Part shown: positions 8,987 to 15,602 of the stretch, one piece after another
How positions within the stretch are numbered: position 1 is the first letter of the stretch
Layout: each line of letters starts with the position of its first letter
DNA from: Bacteroidota bacterium
Lineage (GTDB): Bacteria > Bacteroidota > Bacteroidia > Bacteroidales > GCA-2748055
Assembly: GCA_043797815.1 (NCBI GenBank)
Contig: JAZDPG010000027.1
Span: 29,554 to 93,553, forward strand
DNA: 64,000 bases
Direction: 5' to 3'
Translations under genes and position numbers: made by a program
The notes under the pieces: generated by a model
Databases searched by the model: none
What the model was told of the DNA's origin: nothing
What the model saw: the letters and a program-made list of their open reading frames with translations, nothing else

Positions 8987-9103
8987 ACGTTTACAAAAAT
9001 TGAGCGAACGCTGAATGTGCCTGAACGGTCTGTGTAAACGGCGTTAAATTGGCGCAATCTTTTGAGAAATCAAAAGGTGTGACAATTTGAAATGACGTTT
9101 ACA
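8987..9103. promoter_or_regulatory. three copies of the 8-mer CGTTTACA/TGTAAACG upstream of the lipoprotein gene (candidate operator set)
   Basis: ACGTTTACA occurs at 8987-8995 and 9095-9103 (direct copies). The inverted copy TGTAAACG is at 9033-9040. All three lie in the 166-nt spacer between the toxin gene end and the lipoprotein start. Confidence 0.3.
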
Positions 9104-9125
9104 TATTGTGTGTGCCTTGTAGCAC

Positions 9126-9443
9126 TTATTCATTGACAAGGTCTTCAAAATCGTATGTATTGCTTAACAATCGTGAAGATCGGTGAACAGTTAAAATCTC
9201 AATTCTATACTCGTCAACTAAATGGTATATAATTCGATAGCTCCCCCTAATTATTTGGCGTATAGATTCATTTTGAAGCTCAGGGACCATTTTCCCGGCT
9301 TTGGGATTCAATTCAAGTATATCAGGTGATTCAAAAAGCTTCGTAACAATTAGCTCAGCGTATCTAACGGAATCTTTTGAAATGTATTCACCGATATCTT
9401 CTAAATCAGCCAGTGCGGATTCTGTCCAGATTACTTCAGCCAT
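9126..9443 (-). CDS. type II toxin-antitoxin system RelE/ParE-family toxin
   Basis: 105-aa ORF. ..WTESALADLEDIGEYISKDS..A..IV..L......L...P..G..VPEL.....RQII.GSYRIIYHLVDE..IEILTVHRSSR is the classic ParE/plasmid-stabilisation pattern. Confidence 0.85.
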   Translation of the reverse strand: MAEVIWTESALADLEDIGEYISKDSVRYAELIVTKLFESPDILELNPKAGKMVPELQNESIRQIIRGSYRIIYHLVDEYRIEILTVHRSSRLLSNTYDFEDLVNE

Positions 9444-9613
9444 TTCTTCAGCTTATCCCTAGCTTGATCTTTATTATAGACACGCCCATTTTCTGAATCC
9501 TCTAGCCCTTTTTGGATTTTCTCAACAACTACTAAATGATCAATTACCTGATCAATAGTTAAGTTCTCAGGAAGATTGCTGAGGGAATCAATAATTTGAG
9601 TTTTGGTTATCAT
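9431..9613 (-). CDS. putative antitoxin partner of the ParE-family toxin
   Basis: 60-aa ORF directly upstream of the toxin and overlapping it by 13 nt. Its size and position fit an antitoxin. I do not recognise the family. Confidence 0.6.
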   Translation of the reverse strand: MITKTQIIDSLSNLPENLTIDQVIDHLVVVEKIQKGLEDSENGRVYNKDQARDKLKKWLK

Positions 9614-9632
9614 TTCTGAAATGTATCTGTAT

Positions 9633-9640
9633 CAAATATA
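9633..9640 (-). promoter_or_regulatory. putative Bacteroidetes -7 promoter box (TATATTTG) for the toxin-antitoxin operon
   Basis: The minus strand reads TATATTTG, matching TAnnTTTG, 19 nt upstream of the antitoxin ATG. It is followed by the direct repeat GATAC-A-GATAC (plus-strand 9623-9633). Confidence 0.35.
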
Positions 9641-10070
9641 ACAAAATCCGTGCTAGAATGCGACTGAACATCTGAATATACCCAGTGTTCTTATTTCTTC
9701 TATATATTTGATTTGAATTGTATATATGCTCCTAAATTCGGGCGTAAATGCACACTTGGTCATACTTCTTGTAAATACCAAATCCAATGCCCCTGAATAC
9801 GAAAAATGGAGATTTGGGGTAAGCGAAGTCGAATAGTCTCATGAAGCTGTTGGGGTTGATGGCTCAATAAATTTACGATAATCAACTGAAATACAATGGC
9901 TACTAATCAACAACTTTATGGGGATGTGAGATTTGATCAGAAAAACCACCTCATATGAAGTCCATATTCAAACGATCTCAACGCACTCTATATCAGAGTA
10001 TTACTGGAAATATGCTATCTTAGATGAGGCTTATTCGAGATCGATTAGATCAGTATGATTGAAAACAAGA

Positions 10071-10101
10071 AACGCCCTGTCTATCTGGTAGACAAGGCGT
10101 T
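10071..10101 (-). terminator. hairpin downstream of tRNA-Gln (probable intrinsic terminator)
   Basis: The inverted repeat AACGCCCTGTCTA..TAGACAAGGCGTT has one mismatch. On the minus strand it is followed by TCTTGTTTTC. Confidence 0.45.
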
Positions 10102-10115
10102 GTTAAAACTCTCTG

Positions 10116-10188
10116 TTGACCCGCCAGGGCTCGAACCTGGACTCTTCTGAACCAAAATCAGACGTGTTGCCAATTACACCACGGGTCA
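10116..10188 (-). tRNA. tRNA-Gln (anticodon UUG)
   Basis: Hand-folded cloverleaf of 73 nt with no encoded CCA. The arms are: acceptor TGACCCG/CGGGTCA, D stem GTGT/ACAC, anticodon stem TCTGA/TCAGA with loop TTTTGGT, and T arm CCAGG-TTCGAGC-CCTGG. Confidence 0.85.
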
Positions 10189-10232
10189 ATCGTGGTTACG
10201 AAAACCGGCTGCAAATATACAAAATAATCAAA

Positions 10233-11804
10233 TTATTCTGCAACTAATTCCAGCCCTTCCCCGGTCATTTCCCAGGTCTTTCCAGCCATATTCCAGTCTG
10301 AGAGGTGATTCGTATTGCGAATACCATCCAGATAGTCCCTGGTTTCACGATCGAGCACAACCACTTTCCCCTCGGGGATTCCCACAACGGCTTCCACCCG
10401 GGGAAATCTCCATTTGTGTTCCAGTTTTACGGAGTAGTATGGGTCCAGGATCAGCCTGTTGCCTGCAGTTCTAAAGCTGTAATCGATGTTTGCAGCGTTT
10501 TCTTTTGCCATGTCCCAGTTTCTTCCTTTGGATTCTTTTTCAATGTCCAGTGTAAACACCTCGCCATCAGTCCGCTCAATATCCACCTCAACTTTTCCGT
10601 AAAATGCATCTGCATCCTCCATGAGGAACAACCTGTTATCCAGGTCCAGAATGGACTCATCCTCCAGGAGTTCTTCCTGGTCTGCATTCATGGTGATGAA
10701 CAGTGTATCGGACAATATATCCAGATCACGGGAGAGGCTGTTCCGTCCCGAATCCGAATAATTGCTGCTCTCGAAAGCCACAATACCGATGATTGAGAAG
10801 AGGCACACCAGCCACAGGACCAGGGCCCCGATTCCCAGTCCCCGGTTTTTGGTCCTGATATTGAAAATGACCCTCACGAGCCCGTAGATCATGGCAGAGA
10901 TGGGGATCAGGATCAACAGTGTGACAGCAATGGTGAGAAGTGTGACCGATACCGGATCGGTAAAGGGAAGAAGAATATCACCCAGGGAAAAATTATAGGA
11001 TTCGAAAGGAAACAGATGTATTCCAACAAAAGGAAGGGTGATAAGTCCGATCAGAATCCCGATACCGGCGATAACCAGGCTGGTACCTATGATGATTAAG
11101 ATAACCTTAATGAACACCAGAAGAATTTTTCCCAAAACTCCGAAAAAATCAGATACCCCGCTCTGTGCTTTCTTGTAAGTCTCTGAGCTTGTTGCCTTGG
11201 ATACATTTTCCTTGACATTCTCCTTTACATAATCATACTCTTCACGAATTTTTTTTTCCAGGTTTGATACATTGACCTTCTCTCCCCGCATTTCCAGCTT
11301 TTGTGCAGCTGTTTCTGCTTTGGGTAGGACGATCCAGAGGATCACATACACCAGAATGGAAGCACCTCCTGCAAAGAAGAAAATGACGAACAGAATCCTG
11401 AAAATCACAGGATCCATTCCGAAGTATGCCGCCAGTCCGCCGCAAACTCCGCCAATGACCGAATTTTCCGGATCCCGGTAGAGCCTTTTGCTTGAGGTAT
11501 AGGATTCATGAAACGACCTTGACTCTTTTTCCCCTTCACCCGAGTCCGCAATATCTTCAGGATTTCCCATGATATCGATTACCTCATTCACAATTTTCAG
11601 GGTAATTACCTGGCTCTCGGCAGTTATTCTCTCCTGGAACAGCTCGGCAATCCTCGATTCAATATCCTTGATGATCTCCTCGCTCTCCTGTTTGTTGGAG
11701 AAATAGGTGCCAATGGTGTCCAGGTATGATTTCAGTTTTTCATAGGCATCATCATCAATATGGAAGATGAGACCGTGCAGATTAATTTTAATCGCTTTCT
11801 TCAT
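10233..11804 (-). CDS. PspC-domain membrane protein (envelope-stress family)
   Basis: 523-aa ORF. ..RLYRDPENSVIGGVCGGLAAYFGMDPVIFRILFVIFFF.. is the PspC domain. Several TM helices and a C-terminal soluble region follow. It lies downstream of a PadR gene. Confidence 0.85.
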   Translation of the reverse strand: MKKAIKINLHGLIFHIDDDAYEKLKSYLDTIGTYFSNKQESEEIIKDIESRIAELFQERITAESQVITLKIVNEVIDIMGNPEDIADSGEGEKESRSFHESYTSSKRLYRDPENSVIGGVCGGLAAYFGMDPVIFRILFVIFFFAGGASILVYVILWIVLPKAETAAQKLEMRGEKVNVSNLEKKIREEYDYVKENVKENVSKATSSETYKKAQSGVSDFFGVLGKILLVFIKVILIIIGTSLVIAGIGILIGLITLPFVGIHLFPFESYNFSLGDILLPFTDPVSVTLLTIAVTLLILIPISAMIYGLVRVIFNIRTKNRGLGIGALVLWLVCLFSIIGIVAFESSNYSDSGRNSLSRDLDILSDTLFITMNADQEELLEDESILDLDNRLFLMEDADAFYGKVEVDIERTDGEVFTLDIEKESKGRNWDMAKENAANIDYSFRTAGNRLILDPYYSVKLEHKWRFPRVEAVVGIPEGKVVVLDRETRDYLDGIRNTNHLSDWNMAGKTWEMTGEGLELVAE

Positions 11805-11816
11805 GGTAATATGGCT

Positions 11817-12146
11817 TTATTTGTAGTTCTTGATGGATTGTACCGAATTGATCAGGGCTTCCCATGAGGCATCAAGTTCCTTCAGATAGGCTTTCCCTAT
11901 TTCGGTAAGGGCATAATACTTACGGGGCGGGCCCTGCGAGCTTTCTTCCCATCTGTATTGAAGCAGTCCGGCATTTTTTTGCCTTGTCAGCAGAGGATAA
12001 AGCGTTCCTTCGACCACAATCAGGTCGTTTTCCTTCAGCGCCTGGATAATGTCCGAGGTATACAGATCCCGCTTCTTCAGGATGGAAAGCGTGCAATACT
12101 CCAGTATACCCTTTCGCATCTGTGCTTTTGCGTTTTCAATATTCAT
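11817..12146 (-). CDS. PadR-family transcriptional regulator
   Basis: 109-aa ORF. ..GILEYCTLSIL..DLYTSDII..L......VVEGTLYPLLTRQKNAGLLQYRWEES..GPPRKYYALTEIG.. is the PadR winged-helix signature. Confidence 0.9.
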   Translation of the reverse strand: MNIENAKAQMRKGILEYCTLSILKKRDLYTSDIIQALKENDLIVVEGTLYPLLTRQKNAGLLQYRWEESSQGPPRKYYALTEIGKAYLKELDASWEALINSVQSIKNYK

Positions 12147-12149
12147 AGG

Positions 12150-12473
12150 TCATATAATTAATGCGGTGTTGTAAATCAGAAATCTAATTGGGAATACAGT
12201 TTTAAAAATCAGAGGAAACATCCCCGGCCTGTTCGGGAGAAGGGAATCACGTCCCTGTTCATCGTGTTGATGTATGTTGTCTTGGTTAGGTTTCGATGGG
12301 TGGAATGCCGCAACAACTACCAGGGAATCATGGGTTGAACATGTATCAAACACAGCTTCAGGATGGCCGTGCCTGTGGGTCGATGGCAGTAAATCAATGA
12401 CCGGTTTCTGGGCAGCCGAATCTGAAATTGTGATCCAGAGCAATGTCAATGTATATAATACTATGTATTTCAT
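12150..12473 (-). CDS. possible small secreted His-rich protein (uncertain ORF)
   Basis: 107-aa ORF with a signal-like N-terminus MKYIVLYTLTLLWITISDSAAQ. The His-rich middle reads STHRHGHPE..HDS..FHPS..IHQHDE. Its stop lies 3 nt before the PadR ATG. The 3' third is A+T-rich and could instead be the PadR promoter. Confidence 0.35.
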   Translation of the reverse strand: MKYIVLYTLTLLWITISDSAAQKPVIDLLPSTHRHGHPEAVFDTCSTHDSLVVVAAFHPSKPNQDNIHQHDEQGRDSLLPNRPGMFPLIFKTVFPIRFLIYNTALII

Positions 12474-12575
12474 ACTATATGCTTATGCAAGCAATATTTC
12501 ATAACAAAGATATAGAAATATTATAATACCATGCAATACATAGTAGTAAAAAAATTGAAAATTGTTTGAATATTT

Positions 12576-12583
12576 TAACTTTG
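12576..12583 (+). promoter_or_regulatory. putative -7 promoter box (TAACTTTG) 5 nt upstream of an ATG
   Basis: It matches TAnnTTTG. An ATTG lies 18 nt upstream at 12554-12557. ATG 12589 follows 5 nt after the box. Confidence 0.35.
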
Positions 12584-12588
12584 GTCTC

Positions 12589-13389
12589 ATGGAACAAGCC
12601 GGAAACATCAGAAAAATGGAGTCATCTTTTGGAATGGTGATCCAGTATCAACTGCCTCTGGGAGAGGAGAAAGTGGAGATGAATCCGCTTTTGGGACGAC
12701 ACATTCATATGGAATACCAGGGAGAAATCAATTGCATTCGCTGCGGAAGAAAAACGGTAAAATCATTCGCCCAGGGCTATTGTTATCCCTGTTTTACCAC
12801 CGCTCCGGAAACTGAAGAGTGCGTTCTGAGGCCGGAATTGTGCAGAGCCCACGAGGGCGTAGCCCGCGACATGGAGTATGCGAGGAGGCATTGTCTGAGC
12901 GAGCATGTGGTATATCTCTCCCTGACCAGTGATTTAAAAATCGGAGTTACGCGCCTTAGCCAGGTTCCCACAAGATGGATTGACCAGGGGGCTGTACGGA
13001 CCATTGAACTGGCCAGGACTCCAAACCGTTATACCGCAGGCCTGATCGAGGTGGCCATGAAAGAGCATATGGCTGATAAGACCAACTGGCGGAAAATGCT
13101 GAGCGGAAGCGGACCGGAGGGGATCGATCTGGCGAAAGAGAAGAACAGGATTGGCATGCTTGTTCCTGACCAGTTGAAGCAATACCTGACAAGGGATGAA
13201 GAAATTGTTGAGCTGACCTATCCTGTGGAACACTACCCTGAAAAAATAAAAAGTCTCAATTTTGATGCAGATCCCGATGTCAGCGGAGTGCTCCAGGGAA
13301 TCAAAGGCCAGTACCTGATCTTTGATCACAACCGGGTAATCAATTTGAGAAAATTCGCGGGGTACCTGATCCGTTTCCGGTCGGATTAA
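12589..13389 (+). CDS. DUF2797-like zinc-ribbon protein
   Basis: The ORF is open from TTG 12562, and ATG 12589 is the likely start. The CxxC..CxxC pattern (..INCIRCGRKTVKSFAQGYCYPCF..) and the ~270-aa size recall DUF2797. Confidence 0.55.
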   Translation: MEQAGNIRKMESSFGMVIQYQLPLGEEKVEMNPLLGRHIHMEYQGEINCIRCGRKTVKSFAQGYCYPCFTTAPETEECVLRPELCRAHEGVARDMEYARRHCLSEHVVYLSLTSDLKIGVTRLSQVPTRWIDQGAVRTIELARTPNRYTAGLIEVAMKEHMADKTNWRKMLSGSGPEGIDLAKEKNRIGMLVPDQLKQYLTRDEEIVELTYPVEHYPEKIKSLNFDADPDVSGVLQGIKGQYLIFDHNRVINLRKFAGYLIRFRSD

Positions 13390-14366
13390 CTGTCCATCGA
13401 ATTGAGCTCCCTTCGGAGGGTTTCCCAGGTGGACTCATCCATTTTGGCACCAATTAATTCAATAACCCTGCCGGACAGGATTGCACCCATTTTTCCGCAG
13501 GTTTCGGGGGAGTGGCCGTGTATGTGTCCATAGATGAACCCGGCTGCATAAAGGTCCCCGGCCCCGGTTGTATCTATGGGATTGGAAGGCCTGACTCCAA
13601 TTCTGATCATCTCTCCGCCCGAAAAGCAGAATGATCCTTCGGCTCCCATTTTTATCACCGTCAGTTCAACCAGATCCTTTATATCCGCTGCCCCTGCTTC
13701 CGGTGATTTGCCGCTCAGGGCTTTGATCTCCTCTTCATTGGCAAAAAGGATATCTACATATTTGGATATCATCTCTTTGAAGAATTCCCTGTTGGCCGCC
13801 ACCACGTTAAAACTGGCTAGATCGAGGCATATTTTCAGGTTGGCACCTGAAGCAAGCCGAAGCGCCTTTTCGATCATTTCATGATCCTGAACCAGGTAAC
13901 CCTCAATGTAGAAGTAATCATACCCATCAAAGATGTCATGTGTGATATCGTCTGCGGAAAGATCCACTGCAGCACCCAGGTAGGTGGCAAAGGTCCGCTC
14001 CGAATCTGATGAGATCAGGGCAATGGCCCGTCCGGTTTCATGCATGGTCCGGAACAGAATGGGATGGATGTTGTTGATCTGCATGTCTTTCTTAAAGAAC
14101 CGGCCCATGTCATCATTGCCCACAGTACCCACAAAACCGGTTTCAATACCCAGATGGGCAAGACCGTGAATGGTGTTGGCGGCAGAACCTCCGGAAGCCT
14201 TTGATTTGGGCAGCCCGGCAGTCTCAGAATGAATATAATTGGAAGTGTCCAGATCTACAAGGGTCATGCTGCCTTTGGGTAAGCCGAATCCTACCAGAAG
14301 ATCATCATTTTCGATCTGTGTGATGATGTCCACAAGTGCATTCCCCATTCCCAGTACTTTTGCCAT
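13386..14366 (-). CDS. PfkB-family carbohydrate/adenosine kinase
   Basis: 326-aa ORF with ..GGSAANT.. near the N-terminus and ..DTTGAGDLYAAGFIYG.., the PfkB signature 2. Confidence 0.8.
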   Translation of the reverse strand: MAKVLGMGNALVDIITQIENDDLLVGFGLPKGSMTLVDLDTSNYIHSETAGLPKSKASGGSAANTIHGLAHLGIETGFVGTVGNDDMGRFFKKDMQINNIHPILFRTMHETGRAIALISSDSERTFATYLGAAVDLSADDITHDIFDGYDYFYIEGYLVQDHEMIEKALRLASGANLKICLDLASFNVVAANREFFKEMISKYVDILFANEEEIKALSGKSPEAGAADIKDLVELTVIKMGAEGSFCFSGGEMIRIGVRPSNPIDTTGAGDLYAAGFIYGHIHGHSPETCGKMGAILSGRVIELIGAKMDESTWETLRRELNSMDS

Positions 14367-14477
14367 CTGTTAGAAGTTTTGCTCAAATATAAAACTAATC
14401 AAATAGTTTCCTCTTCATACGGGTCCCCGTAAAAAAGGTTTTTTGTGAAATGTATTGTTTTATTGACGAAAAGCATT

Positions 14478-14485
14478 TATTTTTG
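14478..14485 (+). promoter_or_regulatory. putative -7 promoter box (TATTTTTG) for tRNA-Asn
   Basis: It matches TAnnTTTG 38 nt upstream of the mature tRNA 5' end. Confidence 0.35.
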
Positions 14486-14523
14486 CACCGCTTCCAGAGC
14501 ACCGGTATAAAACCGGATAAAAT

Positions 14524-14597
14524 TCCTCAGTAGCTCAGTTGGTTAGAGCGGCGGACTGTTAATCCGTAGGTCGTAGGTTCAAGTCCTACCTGAGGAG
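14524..14597 (+). tRNA. tRNA-Asn (anticodon GUU)
   Basis: Hand-folded cloverleaf of 74 nt. The arms are: acceptor TCCTCAG/CTGAGGA, D stem GCTC/GAGC, anticodon stem GCGGA/TCCGT with loop CTGTTAA, and T arm GTAGG-TTCAAGT-CCTAC. Confidence 0.9.
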
Positions 14598-14600
14598 CGG

Positions 14601-14635
14601 AAAAAGGGGAAGGCGATCATCGCTTTCCCCTTTTT
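14601..14635 (+). terminator. intrinsic terminator after tRNA-Asn
   Basis: A 12-bp stem AAGGGGAAGGCG(14604-14615)/CGCTTTCCCCTT(14621-14632) with one G-U pair and a 5-nt loop, running into a T-tract. Confidence 0.7.
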
Positions 14636-14636
14636 A

Positions 14637-14664
14637 GGTAAAAGGTAAAAGGTAAAAGGTAAAA
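14637..14664. repeat. perfect tandem heptamer (GGTAAAA)x4
   Basis: Read directly as ggtaaaaggtaaaaggtaaaaggtaaaa followed by ggg. It sits between the tRNA-Asn terminator and the DUF89 gene -7 box. Confidence 0.95.
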
Positions 14665-14673
14665 GGGTTGTGA

Positions 14674-14681
14674 TATCTTTG
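14674..14681 (+). promoter_or_regulatory. putative -7 promoter box (TATCTTTG) 5 nt upstream of the DUF89 ATG
   Basis: It matches TAnnTTTG, and ATG 14687 follows 5 nt after the box. Confidence 0.35.
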
Positions 14682-14686
14682 ATGTC

Positions 14687-15526
14687 ATGAGGACGAATTT
14701 CGAGTGTTTTCCCTGTTTCGTTGAACAGGCTTTACGGGCCAGCCGGATGGTCACCGATGATGAAAGGACAATTAAAGAGATCCTCGACCGGGTGGGTGAG
14801 CGCTTCAGGGAGATTCCCATGACCTGTACACCTCCTGAAATGGGAGATTATATTTACAGGACGGTCAGGGAGGTCACCGGTGTGGAAGATCCTTATCAGG
14901 TCCTGAAAAAAGAGAGCATCCGGCAGGTCCTGTCCATCTATCCCTTCCTGGAAAAAATGGCAGCCGATTCTGATGATCCGGTTTTAACTGCCATCAAACT
15001 TGCCTCCATCGGGAATGTGCTCGATTTCGGAATTAGCAGGAAATACGACCTTATGGAGGAGATCGCAAAGATTGAGGACATGGAGTTTGCAATTTTTCAC
15101 TACGAAACCTTCCGGGAACAGCTGGAGAATTCCTCTTCGGTGCTTTTCATTGGAGACAATGCAGGAGAAACCGTATTTGATAAACTCCTGATCGAAACCA
15201 TAGGCAAGCCTGTAACCTATGTGGTCAGGGAGGTGCCGGTGATCAATGATGCCACCGTGGAAGATGCCATCCAATCGGGAATTGACCAGGCAGCTGAAAT
15301 CATCTCATCCGGATCCTCTGCCCCGGGTACCATACTGAGACGCTGCAACAAAGAGTTCCTCCATAGATTCACTCAGGCCGACCTTGTTATCAGCAAGGGT
15401 CAGGGTAACTATGAAGGCCTTTCCGGAGCTGATCGCCAGGTTTTCTTTTTACTCAGGGCCAAGTGCCCTGTCATTGCCCGCCATATTGGAGTAAAACTGA
15501 ACGAGTATATACTTAAAGCATCTTAA
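14687..15526 (+). CDS. DUF89/ARMT1-like damage-control phosphatase family protein
   Basis: 279-aa ORF with N-terminal CxxC (..FECFPCFVEQ..), ..FIGDNAGETVFD.. and ..KGQGNYEGL.., which are the conserved DUF89 motifs. Confidence 0.8.
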   Translation: MRTNFECFPCFVEQALRASRMVTDDERTIKEILDRVGERFREIPMTCTPPEMGDYIYRTVREVTGVEDPYQVLKKESIRQVLSIYPFLEKMAADSDDPVLTAIKLASIGNVLDFGISRKYDLMEEIAKIEDMEFAIFHYETFREQLENSSSVLFIGDNAGETVFDKLLIETIGKPVTYVVREVPVINDATVEDAIQSGIDQAAEIISSGSSAPGTILRRCNKEFLHRFTQADLVISKGQGNYEGLSGADRQVFFLLRAKCPVIARHIGVKLNEYILKAS

Positions 15527-15602
15527 TTTTATAATCAAATCTGTCGTTTGATTGTTAATAATCAGTAATTTCAGGCTTCTAATTAGAATTTAAAGCATCG
15601 TT

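Noticed and set aside
9667-9768. 33-aa minus-strand ATG ORF (MTKCAFTPEFRSIYTIQIKYIEEIRTLGIFRCSVAF) in the ORF-free stretch.
   Set aside because: It is too short and has no motif, promoter box or conservation evidence available here. I mention it only within the ORF-free-region finding.
12274-12504. 76-aa plus-strand ORF opposite the small His-rich ORF.
   Set aside because: It has no signal or motif and a Trp/Ser-rich composition. It would run into the DUF2797 promoter region. The minus-strand ORF at least has a signal-like N-terminus and coupling to PadR.
14637-14664. Heptamer array as a CRISPR or minisatellite locus.
   Set aside because: It has only four 7-nt units with no spacers, so it is a simple tandem microrepeat. 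No CRISPR-like repeat-spacer structure exists anywhere in the window.
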